DNA of 64,000 nt from an uncultured virus (IMG/VR IMGVR_UViG_2882593062_000003) (lineage: Duplodnaviria; Heunggongvirae; Uroviricota; Caudoviricetes): the IMG/VR virus record IMGVR_UViG_2882593062_000003; one strand, written 5' to 3'. Shown here one piece after another: positions 1-10,271 of this stretch (the stretch's first letter is position 1; each line of letters starts with the position of its first letter). The notes under the pieces are model-generated. The model was not told the origin of the DNA and did no database searches. It saw nothing but the letters and a program-made list of their open reading frames with translations. The position numbers and the translations under genes are program-made.

Positions 1-261
1 ATGATCCCGTTCCTCGTCTCCGTCGTGGCGATGCTCTTCATCGTCTGTCTGGCAGGCATGTTCTGCTCGTACATGAACTTCTTTCACCCCGGCTGGCAAG
101 GTCGCCTTCGCCGGTGGTGGAAATCCCCCCGGGTCGCCGAATTCCGGTATCGGCTAAGCCTCTTTCTGACGCTGCTGTTGTTCTGGGCCGGCTTTCTGGC
201 GCTGATCTACTTCACCGATGCCCTGGGCTACTGGAACAATCATTCCTACGCACGGCCATGA
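1..261 (+). CDS. small membrane protein (prophage early region), start may lie upstream of window
   Basis: Two hydrophobic segments; stop overlaps next start (ATGA). Confidence 0.6.
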   Translation: MIPFLVSVVAMLFIVCLAGMFCSYMNFFHPGWQGRLRRWWKSPRVAEFRYRLSLFLTLLLFWAGFLALIYFTDALGYWNNHSYARP

Positions 262-656
262 ACCCAGCGACCCCGCACGAATCACCCAGCTGGGCGGCCA
301 ACCTGATCTTCTACGAGGTACGGGACAAACTACCCGGCGCGGAAACGATGGACGAGCTTACGGCCGAATCGTGGGTGACATATCTGACCAGCCGAAACTT
401 CGCTTTCAGCCTCCAGTGCCGCTATAAACCGCTTCATGGCTTTGATCTGGTCCGATTGGCCTGGAAGTACGCCCAGACCTTTTGTGACAGTCACCTGCCC
501 ACGGCCAACGCGGAAACCCGGCTGCTGTTCTACAGCGCCATCACCCGCAACCTGCTCTTGATGGTCAACGCCTCGACGGGCGTCAAAGATGCCAACTATT
601 GCTGGTTTCTGGCCTTTGAATACGGCTTCCTAAGAATCTCCTATTGCCTCAACTGA
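258..656 (+). CDS. hypothetical phage protein (132 aa, start MNPATPHE)
   Basis: ATG at 258 coupled to upstream TGA; GC-rich codon usage. Confidence 0.6.
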   Translation: MNPATPHESPSWAANLIFYEVRDKLPGAETMDELTAESWVTYLTSRNFAFSLQCRYKPLHGFDLVRLAWKYAQTFCDSHLPTANAETRLLFYSAITRNLLLMVNASTGVKDANYCWFLAFEYGFLRISYCLN

Positions 657-805
657 TGATGAAAGACTCGAACCGTCGAACGGATTACACCAATCGCTAT
701 CCCGGCGACGAAGACCCGAATACGGGCGAATACAAAGATCCGTGGTGGTTCTGGCCCCTGTGCCTGTTCTGGACCGCCGTGCTGATCTATGCCTGCTGTG
801 CTTAA
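656..805 (+). CDS. small hypothetical membrane protein (49 aa)
   Basis: Hand-translated MMKDSNRR...WWFWPLCLFWTAVLIYACCA; TGATG coupling; below ORF-track cutoff. Confidence 0.45.
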   Translation: MMKDSNRRTDYTNRYPGDEDPNTGEYKDPWWFWPLCLFWTAVLIYACCA

Positions 806-827
806 TCCAACAAAACCCCACTGTATC

Positions 828-1055
828 ATGAAAACCTTATTGATTCTCCTGACGCTGGGCGTGATCGGCTGGTGTGCCGACCTCCGCACGAATCACTTTC
901 ACCCCGCCTATGTTGAAGCGCGCTTCGAGGGACTAAAAACGGCGGCTACCGTGGACACCCAGAACTGGCCGGAAGCGGCCATCATCCTGATGCTGCTGGT
1001 ACTGGCCTGCTTTATCATGGCGCCCTTCTTCTTTCAGGACAACCAAAAGCGGTAA
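828..1055 (+). CDS. small membrane protein
   Basis: MKTLLILLTLG start; C-terminal TM helix. Confidence 0.55.
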   Translation: MKTLLILLTLGVIGWCADLRTNHFHPAYVEARFEGLKTAATVDTQNWPEAAIILMLLVLACFIMAPFFFQDNQKR

Positions 1056-1067
1056 TCAGGCGCATTC

Positions 1068-1976
1068 ATGAGGTACTTTTTGCACGATACCGACGCATTC
1101 CAGGACGAGAAGATCACCGAACTCTTCATGGCTTTCGGCTATGAGGGTCTGGGCTTGTTCTATACGATTCTGGAACGGCTCGCGGCCCGGGAAAAACCGA
1201 TCCGGACGGAAGTGCTGAAACGGCAGTTGGGGGTAGGCAAAAAGCTGGAGAAAATCTGGAAGTTTCTGGAAGAAATCGAACTGATTTCATCGGAAAACGG
1301 CGAAACTTTTAACAAAAGACTGGCAAACTTTCTCGAAACTTTCGACAAAAAACGAGAAAATACCAAAAAACGCGTCGCGCAATTCCGTGAAAATCAAGAC
1401 TCTACTGAAAATGTAACGCGTTACAACCGCGTTCGTAACACTTCTAATAGTAATAGTATAGAAGTAAATAAGGAAGATAATACAGAAGATAAATCTTCTG
1501 TTAATCCTCTCCTTTCAGTCGAGGATATACCGACCCCATCGGAAAAGCCGATGACTGAGGTACCCCAGAAACCTCCGGAGGCTCCCTCCCCCAGTTCCGG
1601 CTCCCCCCCTCCCAAAAAATCGAAATCGGTGGGCAATCACCTGTTCCGGACCTCGCCCTTCTACGACGAAGAGACGTTCGTCAAGGCGCTGGCCGGGACC
1701 GAATACGAAATCTACGATCTGCGCTTCTACCACCGCACGGTGAAAAACTGGGCGGATTCGAAAAACGCCATGCGGGCCGACTGGATGGCCACAGCCCGAA
1801 ACTTCATGCTATCTGACGCCCGGGAGGGCAAAGCCAAACTTCGATCTGATCTGAGTCCCTATGGAAGCCAGCAACAATCCCAACCCTACCACGGCCGTCG
1901 CTACGACGACCGGAACGGCGACGCCCAGTTTGGAGCAGCAATTGATGCACTTGCTGACGCTAAATACGGTAAGTGA
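1068..1976 (+). CDS. phage replication initiator-like protein (DUF4373/Lin1244-like N-terminus)
   Basis: YFLHD..AFQDEKI..L...G.EGLGLFY.ILE N-terminal motif, low-complexity linker, C-terminal W..TARN motif. Confidence 0.7.
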   Translation: MRYFLHDTDAFQDEKITELFMAFGYEGLGLFYTILERLAAREKPIRTEVLKRQLGVGKKLEKIWKFLEEIELISSENGETFNKRLANFLETFDKKRENTKKRVAQFRENQDSTENVTRYNRVRNTSNSNSIEVNKEDNTEDKSSVNPLLSVEDIPTPSEKPMTEVPQKPPEAPSPSSGSPPPKKSKSVGNHLFRTSPFYDEETFVKALAGTEYEIYDLRFYHRTVKNWADSKNAMRADWMATARNFMLSDAREGKAKLRSDLSPYGSQQQSQPYHGRRYDDRNGDAQFGAAIDALADAKYGK

Positions 1977-2640
1977 GCTGCTGACGACGGTTCGCAACGA
2001 GCCGGCCCGGATGGCCCTGGCCGAGGTTCGCCAGAACACGTCGATGGAGAAGGCCCACCTCAAACCGAAGCTGTTCCAGCTAAAGGCCCGGGCCGATTTC
2101 GGACCCAAAACCCTGCACAAGCTGCTCTGCTTCATCCTAAAGACCTTCCAGGATAGTTTGAAGATCACCAACCCGAAAAACGAAATGTCCACTTCGGAAA
2201 TCTTCAGCGCAGCCGGCATGCTGATGGAGAAGTACACCCACGAGAGCATCCACGACTTTCTGATGGCCCTGAAGCTGTATGAGGAATCCGGCAAAGAGGT
2301 ATATAACCATTTCAGCAAGAAGGTGCTGCTGAGTATCATGAACGCCTACCTGAACACGAAGTCGGACTGGCTCGAACAGCTCTGGGACGCGGACAATTTC
2401 GGCAACTCAGGCGAAGATCTGGGCCGCTACCTCTCCGATGGACAACTGAAAGCGGATTATGACGCCCTGAAGCGCGGGGAGCCTACCGAGGCCATGATGC
2501 TCCGTCAGCAAACGGAGGACATCGGCAAAATGAAGGCGCTCAAGGAACATGATTTCCAGCTTTTCAAGATGAAATACTACCTCCAGCGGCAGAAGGCGCA
2601 GGAAACGACCTACACGGAAACCAACGATGAATCGAACTGA
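1861..2640 (+). CDS. hypothetical phage replication-module protein
   Basis: Overlaps initiator gene, in the position usually held by a helicase loader; no motif recognised. Confidence 0.6.
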   Translation: MEASNNPNPTTAVATTTGTATPSLEQQLMHLLTLNTVSELLTTVRNEPARMALAEVRQNTSMEKAHLKPKLFQLKARADFGPKTLHKLLCFILKTFQDSLKITNPKNEMSTSEIFSAAGMLMEKYTHESIHDFLMALKLYEESGKEVYNHFSKKVLLSIMNAYLNTKSDWLEQLWDADNFGNSGEDLGRYLSDGQLKADYDALKRGEPTEAMMLRQQTEDIGKMKALKEHDFQLFKMKYYLQRQKAQETTYTETNDESN

Positions 2641-3175
2641 AATGGGCTACCAGCTTCCCATTGCCCGGCAGACTCCGCTGATTGCGGGCATCGATCCCGA
2701 CATCGATAAATCCGGTTTGGCCATCTGGTCCCGTAAAGATCGGAAGTACACGGTTCTGAAGGTATTGCCCTTCGCCGAGTTGCAGGAAACCCTGTGCAGT
2801 TACGATCCGGCTGAGCTGTCGGTGGTGGTGGAAGCCGCCTGGCTGAACGGCGATATCATGTACCGTCACCACGAGAAAAACCTGCCGAAGGATTTCAATA
2901 AATGGACCATCGAGGGTCGCTATGCCTACATGTTCAAACGCGGTACGGACGTCGGCCGAAACTTCGCCGTCGGTCAGACACTGGTCCATTACCTGAAGGC
3001 CAACGGCTACGATGTGGAAGAAAGAAAGCCGGAGTCCAAAAAATGGGATTCGGCAACCTTCCAGAGCCTGACCAAGCTAAAAATCAGGACCAATCAGGAA
3101 GTCCGAGACGCTGCAAAACTAGTATTCCAAAGAGATCAATCTTTACATTTAAAATTATACTATAAATATATGTAA
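2627..3175 (+). CDS. RuvC-like Holliday junction resolvase (phage type)
   Basis: IAGIDPD..KSGLA, VVVE, E.RDAA acidic motifs of the RNase H fold. Confidence 0.7.
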   Translation: MNRTEMGYQLPIARQTPLIAGIDPDIDKSGLAIWSRKDRKYTVLKVLPFAELQETLCSYDPAELSVVVEAAWLNGDIMYRHHEKNLPKDFNKWTIEGRYAYMFKRGTDVGRNFAVGQTLVHYLKANGYDVEERKPESKKWDSATFQSLTKLKIRTNQEVRDAAKLVFQRDQSLHLKLYYKYM

Positions 3176-3351
3176 ATAAAATAATTTTATTTTTTGATAA
3201 AATTGAAACCAGAAATGAAGGTAGAGTAATTTGCCTTTTAATAAAATATTGTTAAGCTTATACCAAATGATTTACTACCTTTTGTAGTCTTTAATTATAA
3301 AAAATCACCTAAAGCGCCACTACATATTAATTCCAAAATCTTTATAAATCA

Positions 3352-6300
3352 ATGAAAAAAATAGCCATATTCTTGATGTTAGCAAACTTTTCTATCTCAT
3401 GTAATCATTATCCAACTACAAATGAAAGTAATTTTAATATTATTAAAAACTGGCAATTTAATGGCTTGTTATTAGCATTAAAAGATACTAATGTCGATGT
3501 AAATGAAATAGCAATTGAATCCCTTGATGAAAGATGGCTTTCTGATTCGACAAAAAGAATTGACCTTCAATTTCTAGATTCGTTACAAAAAAATAAACTA
3601 TTGGTTGGAATTGAATATGATGCATTGGTTCAAGACAAGCTTGAACCTGTAACTATAAAATCCCTTATCGATAAACTCATTTCTACAAATGATTTAAGCT
3701 TGCAAAATAGGGGCTTTTTCGCATTAAGTCGGCAGAAACTTGAGCCTTCAGCTATCAAAATATTGATCGATAAACTCAATCAGAGTACAGAAAATTCTCT
3801 ACGAGAGAATGTGGCTTATGTATTAGGTCGGCAAAAACTTGAGCCATCAGCAATTAATACACTTATCGATAAGCTCAATTTGAACACTGGAACAGCCCTG
3901 CTAGACAATCTGGCAAATATATTAGGCCAGCAGGAACTTGAAACCTGGGCCATAAATGCCCTTATCCAAAAAATCAATTTGAATGCTGGATCATACATGC
4001 AATTAAATATAATTAATGTATTAGGTCGGCAAAAACTTGAACCCTCGGCAATTAATATACTTATTGATAAGCTCAATTTGTATGCTGGATCAGCTCAAAT
4101 AAACAATATAGCTAATGCATTAAAACAGCAAAAACTTGAGTCCTCAGCTATCAATGAACTAATTGATAAATTCAATTCTGTGATTAACAGTAAAGTTGAA
4201 AGTAGCATAGCAGCGATATTAGGAGAGCAAGAGCTAGAACCCTCAGTCATCAATGAATTAGTCAATAAGTTAAATTATACTACTAATGTAGATGTTGAAA
4301 CAAGCATAGCAGTGGCATTAGGCAAGCAGAAACTTAGTTTTTCAGCCATTAATGCATTAGTCAATAAGTTAAATTCTACGACTGATCTAGATGTTGTAAG
4401 AATTGTAGCCAAGGCATTAGGTAAGCAGGAGCTTGAATCCTCAGCCATCAATGCATTAGTCAGTAAGCTTTATCAATTCCCATACGAGGAAATTTTTAGC
4501 GCAGATTTGACAACACTTAGACCAGACAGAGAATTAGCGATTGCATTAGGCAATCAAAAACTTGAATCTACGACCATCAATGCTTTAATAGATAAACTTA
4601 ATGTAAATACGGAAGGAATTTTGCAATACAGAGTGGCTGAGGTATTAAGTCAGCAAGAACTTGAGCCCTTTGCTATTAACGAGTTAATTAATAAACTCAA
4701 TTCTACCACTAATCTAAATCTTGAAAAAAATGTGTCACGGGCTTTAGGAGGGCAGGACCTTGAGCCCTCAGCCATCAACGCTTTAATTGATAAGCTCACT
4801 TCAAAGACTGACCATGCGGCAGCAGAATCTGTTGTTTTAGCACTAAAGAATCAGAAACTCGAGCCAGAGATTATAAATAAAGTAATTAATGAGACGAACA
4901 ATATAGCTCAATTTAATAAAATTACTCAATTTGATTTCTTAGAATCACAAAGCCCTGATGTAAAATGGTCAAACTATATGTTAGCAATATTACTGAATGA
5001 GAGATTAAATGCATTTATCCAAGAAGGCCAAGATTATGAAGATCAAGATAGGTTTAAAATATTTTATCAAAGTGGCAGAACGACCAAATCTGACACGCCA
5101 GTTCGATGGCTATTTGGTATACCTACTGAAAGTATAATGAAAAAAATTTCTGCAGATGAATTAGAAAGTGAGTTATTTATTCTTACAGAATTTTGGCCGT
5201 CTTGCCAGAATTTTCCAATCGTTAAAGAAGAGTTTGCGAAGCAGGTGACGGAATTAGCAACATATTTGGAAAATTCAAATAGTGATCATGTTTTAGATCT
5301 GTTAAAATTAAATGAAAAAAATTTTTCCGATGAAAATTTTAAGTCAAGAGCAAATAGTCTTAATAAAGTAATAAATGTAATTGAGAATAAAAAAAGCTGG
5401 ATAAATAAGTTGATTTCCTTAATTCCTTGGGCAATTTCATTACATCTTCTCTTTTGGATAGCCTTACTATTTGCTTATCCAAATTCCCCAACAGTTCAAA
5501 GTATGTTTTTCTGGAATCCAGAAGTGTTAAAGTGGGGTGGACTTTTTTATGTAAAGGCAGCATTAATTCATATTCCATTTTTAAGAAAGCGTATTTTATA
5601 TCCCTTCCGAAATAGGCTGCTTGAGGATGCCCGTCTTGAAAGTTTCCGGGAAGATGCTTATTTCTCTGAATCAATAGTAAGGGTTGAGGCGAATGGCCAA
5701 CATGAAACATTAATTGAACGCATTGCAAAGGAAGATAGAAAAATACTTTTAATTGGCGAATCTGGTTTGGGGAAAACCATGTATTTAAGAAAATTAGCCC
5801 AAACGTATTTAAATGATACAAATCGTTTAGCTGTTTACTTGAGGGCATCAGAATGTAATAACGGGGTAGTGGAAGCAATCCAAGAAAAAGTTAAAGGGAT
5901 CGCTCAGGATACAGATTTCTTAAAGCCTTTGATTTTTATCGGGGCAATGGATGTCTTCATAGATGGACTTAATGAGGTAAGCCCTGATACACGGTCATAT
6001 ATTAGGAAGTTTCTTGGAGATTATGGCAAAGGCAAATGCATTGTAACATCCCAGCCCATTCCCGACTTACCAAATGATATGAAGCAATTTACTTTATTGC
6101 CTTTAAACCAACAGCAATTAACTAATTTTCTTTTAAAACGAAATCAGCTAGAAGAAAGGCCTATCTCCGAAGCTTCTATTCATGCCTATTTAAGTAAAAT
6201 GCTAAATCCAATATTACCAATGCAAGAATTAAAAGACAATGAGCGAATTTTATCTAATCCGCTCGATTTATCTATAGTCGGGCAACTGCTTGCTTCAGGC

Positions 6301-6816
6301 ATTACTCAACCGAACTTAAATCAATTACAGGAGAAGCTTTATCAGCAAATGGCAGAGGCATACCATTCAGAACATACAAGGGAAGAAGGCAACTTTCCAT
6401 TAAAAAACTTTTCTGAGAGGACTTACGAACATAGGCTAAATACTGACGACAACTCTTTAGATGCAACAAACTATATGGATGAGATTGAATGTATGGCGAA
6501 GTTTAAGATGGTTTATAAAAGGGAAAACAAAGAGAGGATTGAATGGTTCTTCCGACACGATAAAATCCAGGACTTCTTCCTACTTCAAGCGTTTACAAAT
6601 AAATCAGAGCGTCAGATTCTACATCTTGGCGATCCGAAATTTAGAGGTGTGTATTTCCTTTTGGCATTAAAATTACCATTTGATGATGCTCAACTACTTC
6701 GGGAACAAATTATCCAATACGGTGCAGACCATAATGATAATACAGTTAGTAATGAGTTCATAAAATTACTTCGGTCAAGGGCTGAAAAAATGAAGAATAC
6801 ACCAACGGGTTTATGA
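3352..6816 (+). CDS. lipoprotein-signal, HEAT-like repeat, TM, NACHT/STAND NTPase
   Basis: Lipobox-like FSISC; ~33-aa repeats; TM near aa 690-710; Walker A GESGLGKT; Walker B VFIDGLNE. Confidence 0.8.
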   Translation: MKKIAIFLMLANFSISCNHYPTTNESNFNIIKNWQFNGLLLALKDTNVDVNEIAIESLDERWLSDSTKRIDLQFLDSLQKNKLLVGIEYDALVQDKLEPVTIKSLIDKLISTNDLSLQNRGFFALSRQKLEPSAIKILIDKLNQSTENSLRENVAYVLGRQKLEPSAINTLIDKLNLNTGTALLDNLANILGQQELETWAINALIQKINLNAGSYMQLNIINVLGRQKLEPSAINILIDKLNLYAGSAQINNIANALKQQKLESSAINELIDKFNSVINSKVESSIAAILGEQELEPSVINELVNKLNYTTNVDVETSIAVALGKQKLSFSAINALVNKLNSTTDLDVVRIVAKALGKQELESSAINALVSKLYQFPYEEIFSADLTTLRPDRELAIALGNQKLESTTINALIDKLNVNTEGILQYRVAEVLSQQELEPFAINELINKLNSTTNLNLEKNVSRALGGQDLEPSAINALIDKLTSKTDHAAAESVVLALKNQKLEPEIINKVINETNNIAQFNKITQFDFLESQSPDVKWSNYMLAILLNERLNAFIQEGQDYEDQDRFKIFYQSGRTTKSDTPVRWLFGIPTESIMKKISADELESELFILTEFWPSCQNFPIVKEEFAKQVTELATYLENSNSDHVLDLLKLNEKNFSDENFKSRANSLNKVINVIENKKSWINKLISLIPWAISLHLLFWIALLFAYPNSPTVQSMFFWNPEVLKWGGLFYVKAALIHIPFLRKRILYPFRNRLLEDARLESFREDAYFSESIVRVEANGQHETLIERIAKEDRKILLIGESGLGKTMYLRKLAQTYLNDTNRLAVYLRASECNNGVVEAIQEKVKGIAQDTDFLKPLIFIGAMDVFIDGLNEVSPDTRSYIRKFLGDYGKGKCIVTSQPIPDLPNDMKQFTLLPLNQQQLTNFLLKRNQLEERPISEASIHAYLSKMLNPILPMQELKDNERILSNPLDLSIVGQLLASGITQPNLNQLQEKLYQQMAEAYHSEHTREEGNFPLKNFSERTYEHRLNTDDNSLDATNYMDEIECMAKFKMVYKRENKERIEWFFRHDKIQDFFLLQAFTNKSERQILHLGDPKFRGVYFLLALKLPFDDAQLLREQIIQYGADHNDNTVSNEFIKLLRSRAEKMKNTPTGL
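3630..4880 (+). repeat. ~12 degenerate ~99-bp intragenic repeats (HEAT-like)
   Basis: Recurrent ALG.QKLEPSAIN.LIDKLN peptide; DNA cagaaacttgagccttcagc-like units. Confidence 0.8.
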
Positions 6817-7071
6817 AGTTGCATGTCGAAATAGGCAGTCTGCCGATATGCAAGATTAATACCTGGCCGAAAGTGCAGCCGATCGTTACTTAAGGTCCAT
6901 CACTGTTCGCCAGTCTAGTTATGAAGCTTACGGCTTGCGTTTTTAATTTATTTTACTAATTCTTCGGCTATATTAGGGGTTGGAAAAAGTATTTTTCTTA
7001 TTAATCGCCGACGTACTTAATTTAACAAGTTATTAGAAAAGTAGATTTTAAACTTAAATATTTATTTTTTC

Positions 7072-7881
7072 ATGGAATACCTCATACTTATTTTAGGCTT
7101 TTTGGGAGCAGCAATTGGTATTTTTGGCAAGAGCTGGGATAAAGATCGTAAGAACTTAACAGCTATTGGCTGGCTATCATTTATTGTTGCTTTTGCAGCA
7201 CTTGTCTTTACGTTTATTAATACAATTAATAGAAATAGGGCACTAGATGATCGCAAAGCGATGGTCAAAAATATAACTAATGAAAAAATAATTAACGGTT
7301 TGAATTATATAACTGAACATTTAACCAATCAAGAAAATTTAAATGACTCAATTTTAAAGCTTCTCACAGAAGATACTTTATATTTAGCTAGGCACATTGG
7401 TGTCATCCCTTTAATTAATAGTCCATTGATCACAATTGAAAATACTAACGACGTTGAAGGTAGATTTGACTACCCTTACCAGAAAATTTCTTCAAATATT
7501 AAAGAAGGCAAAAAACAACTACAAGATTTACTTGACAATAATCTTAATGATCTTGAAATTGATAAATCAAACTTAATAAATAGTATCTTGAATGATAAAT
7601 ACTTTAAGGATACATATAGCCTATTAGGATTGCATCAATCTTTAATATTATCAAGTATCAGTAATGTTGAGGAGAGACCAAGTAAATATATGGATTACAA
7701 CTCCTATCCTGCATGGAGTTATTTGGGAACACATTACTTTAGTTTGGCACCATATATCAGGAATGATACAATTCCTCCATATGATTTAAACATGGGGCCT
7801 GGTAATTTCAAAGATTTTCAGGTTTTTGTTGGTAAAATAAGAACACTTTTTAACAAATGTAACAACGAGCTAAAAGGTTAA
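7072..7881 (+). CDS. hypothetical protein with two N-terminal TM helices (AT-rich cargo)
   Basis: 269-aa ORF, hydrophobic N-terminus. Confidence 0.7.
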   Translation: MEYLILILGFLGAAIGIFGKSWDKDRKNLTAIGWLSFIVAFAALVFTFINTINRNRALDDRKAMVKNITNEKIINGLNYITEHLTNQENLNDSILKLLTEDTLYLARHIGVIPLINSPLITIENTNDVEGRFDYPYQKISSNIKEGKKQLQDLLDNNLNDLEIDKSNLINSILNDKYFKDTYSLLGLHQSLILSSISNVEERPSKYMDYNSYPAWSYLGTHYFSLAPYIRNDTIPPYDLNMGPGNFKDFQVFVGKIRTLFNKCNNELKG

Positions 7882-8085
7882 AATTAGCTCTAACTTATAT
7901 TAGGTAGAGGATTCCTTGCTTTGATTCGGCAGATTTATCGAGCAACCCCGTATTGGGGCGAAAAATTCAAATACGGTTTATACGATATGGATAAACTGTT
8001 TCAGGGGCTTAAGATATATTATTTGAAATAGGTACAGGCCCGGAGAGCATGATCCGGGCTTTGTCTTTTCCGGTCAGCTAAAAAA

Positions 8086-8142
8086 AGTAAGTAAAAACTT
8101 ACTCGAACCCTTGACAAGTAGGTAAGTTTTTGCTTACCTTTG
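8086..8142 (+). promoter_or_regulatory. hicAB promoter with two operator palindromes
   Basis: AGTAAG-N6-CTTACT (8086-8103) and AGGTAAG-N6-CTTACCT (8120-8139) flank TTG at 8111 and overlap -7 TACCTTTG (8135-8142). Confidence 0.7.
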
Positions 8143-8177
8143 ATGTGTAATTAGTTCTTTTACATATTGAATTGCCT

Positions 8178-8363
8178 ATGAAAGCAAGCGACCTAATTCA
8201 AATGCTTTTAGATGCTGGCTGGCAGGAGGTTCGGCAGAAAGGTAGTCACCGGATTTTTAAACATCCTGACTTTCCAAGGACGATCAGTATTCCTGATCAT
8301 GGAAAAAGTGACCTCAAAATTGGAACTCTGAACGCCATTCTAAAGCAAGCCGGGTTGAAATGA
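8178..8363 (+). CDS. hicA: HicA family toxin
   Basis: GW.EVRQKGSH.IFKHP...IPDHG..DLK.GTL.AILKQAG. Confidence 0.9.
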   Translation: MKASDLIQMLLDAGWQEVRQKGSHRIFKHPDFPRTISIPDHGKSDLKIGTLNAILKQAGLK

Positions 8364-8454
8364 CAACCCGGCTCCCCTTCTGGGGATAAAATTGGGAAGG
8401 CTGCTATGTAGTCTTACTTTAACCATATTTTTAGCAGATTGTATGAAAGCAAGG

Positions 8455-8865
8455 ATGAGCAAAGCATTAACTGTTATCTTAGAAAGAGATGACGGCGAAT
8501 TTTGGGGACGCATTGAGGCTCCCGACTTTCTACATGTAACCCAGGGGGCTACGGTAGCAATTGTAACTAAGAATCTGCGCGACCTGGTCGCCGATTCGCT
8601 GGAACACGAACTGAAAGACAAACCCGAATGGCAGGGAGTTACTGCCGACACGATTCAGTTCGATTATGTTTACGATCTTCAATCTTTTTTCGAACGATTC
8701 AAAGAATTAAAAATGACAGCCATCGCCGAGCGTGCAGGATTGAACAAGAATCTTTTGCACCAATACGTGGCGGGCCATAAACATCCGAGTGAACAGCAGG
8801 CAAAGAAGATTGAAAATGCTGTTCACGCTCTGGCTGAGGAACTTAGAAAAGTCATCCTGGCGTAA
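8455..8865 (+). CDS. hicB: HicB-like antitoxin with C-terminal HTH
   Basis: VILE.DDG.FWG...HVTQG N-terminus; IAERAGLNKNLLHQY..G.K.PS HTH; directly downstream of hicA. Confidence 0.8.
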   Translation: MSKALTVILERDDGEFWGRIEAPDFLHVTQGATVAIVTKNLRDLVADSLEHELKDKPEWQGVTADTIQFDYVYDLQSFFERFKELKMTAIAERAGLNKNLLHQYVAGHKHPSEQQAKKIENAVHALAEELRKVILA

Positions 8866-8877
8866 CACTTTCAATGG

Positions 8878-8908
8878 AAGCCCGGTCTTAGTTGACCGGG
8901 CTTTTTTT
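8878..8908. terminator. intrinsic terminator
   Basis: aagcccggtc-ttagtt-gaccgggctt followed by T-run. Confidence 0.8.
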
Positions 8909-9158
8909 ATGGCATCCGTCCCAAGGTCGAAAAGTAGAACAAAATTGCCGTCTTCAGGTCGGCGTCGGCATACCCTGATTCGCTATTATACAGGTCCAGT
9001 TCGCCGTCTTCCGTCATCGTAAAGCTGACAAAGGAAACCCCCAGCGTGGCCATGCACAACTGAACCGAATCCCGCAAAACGTAAAAACGACCGGTTTCGA
9101 AGCCGAGCCGTACGGCCAGCTGCTGCGCCTGTTCGTCGGTAATCCTGATTAAAGCCAT
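8907..9158 (-). CDS. hypothetical protein
   Basis: 83-aa ORF ending at the terminator. Confidence 0.55.
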   Translation of the reverse strand: MALIRITDEQAQQLAVRLGFETGRFYVLRDSVQLCMATLGVSFVSFTMTEDGELDLYNSESGYADADLKTAILFYFSTLGRMP

Positions 9159-9335
9159 CCTGCAAAAAAACGGTCTGTTACCTTTATAACAAAAATGCCG
9201 GCCGTCAGCTGACGATCGGCATTCCTACCTAACACTGTACTCACTGAAAAGGATCGTTTTTCCAGTCACCCGATATTATATACGCCAGAACGGCGCCGAT
9301 CGCCAGACCCGCAGCCATCTGCAGGACGGCCGCTA

Positions 9336-9818
9336 TCATGCGACCTGTTGAAGCTGACCCGCTAAGAATGCACTATATGCTTCCTGATTGCGTTCTACTG
9401 TAACAAAGACCTTACCGGTTTTGATAGCGGACCGGATCCGGAAGAACCAGCGGTCGAAGGCCGACCGCGAATCCGTGACCATGTTCCTGGCAAACCCAAG
9501 GCCCGGAAGTTGACAGCCTTCCGTATCGTCAGCATAGTTGCCCGGATGCCAGCGGACCCCTTCGAAGCCCGGTACATTCATCAGCAGCGGCAGGTATTTC
9601 TGAAACCGGTTGCTGAAGGTGACGGCCATCTCGTAGCGGCCCGTCGGAATGGCCGTCTTTCCATACACTTTTGCCTGTTGGATGGCAAAAAGGGGCATGC
9701 GGGAGTACAGCCCCCGGTCCCGATCTTCCAGCATATGCCCGCAGAACTGGCCGTCGATCATCACGTCAGAGATCGTGGCCGACTCGCTGAATATCTTTCT
9801 GGTTATGGTGATTTCCAT
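9336..9818 (-). CDS. DUF5675-like protein, putative endolysin
   Basis: AIPTGRY...PLL.NVPGFEGVRWHPGN...TEGC.LPG motif; follows holin-like genes. Confidence 0.7.
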   Translation of the reverse strand: MEITITRKIFSESATISDVMIDGQFCGHMLEDRDRGLYSRMPLFAIQQAKVYGKTAIPTGRYEMAVTFSNRFQKYLPLLMNVPGFEGVRWHPGNYADDTEGCQLPGLGFARNMVTDSRSAFDRWFFRIRSAIKTGKVFVTVERNQEAYSAFLAGQLQQVA

Positions 9819-9830
9819 AGCTCGGTGCAA

Positions 9831-10271
9831 TTAACGGGTGCTGATAACCACTACGACGCCGATCACGGCTAGCAGGGTGATCAGTTGATTACCGGTCGCA
9901 TAAACCCGGTTCCAGACCCGATCCGCGGCCATGCGTTTATTATTAGCCTCCAGTAGCCGGTTATCCCCTTCCAGACGGGCGGACCGGGCTTGACTTTCCT
10001 GCAGCTGTGCATGGTAGGCGGAAATCCGTCGGCTGGCCTCCTTCGCCAAGCTGTCGAGCCTCGCTTCCTTTAGCATCAGCAGCGTATCAGTTACGGCCAG
10101 CACGTATTCGACCTGGCCCACCCGAGCCTTCAGAGTGCGGTTTTCCTCCCTCAGCTGAGCTACTTCTCCCGTCAGGCCTTCGATCTGTTTGGCGGGCGGG
10201 ATCACCAGGTTCAGTGTCTGGGCCGCGGCCGGTCGGGTCAGCAGGACCAGCAGAATCAGGATCCGGTTCAT
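9831..10271 (-). CDS. signal-peptide coiled-coil protein with C-terminal TM (spanin-like)
   Basis: MNRILILLVLLTRPAAA|Q; coiled coil; terminal TM; lysis-cluster position. Confidence 0.55.
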   Translation of the reverse strand: MNRILILLVLLTRPAAAQTLNLVIPPAKQIEGLTGEVAQLREENRTLKARVGQVEYVLAVTDTLLMLKEARLDSLAKEASRRISAYHAQLQESQARSARLEGDNRLLEANNKRMAADRVWNRVYATGNQLITLLAVIGVVVVISTR

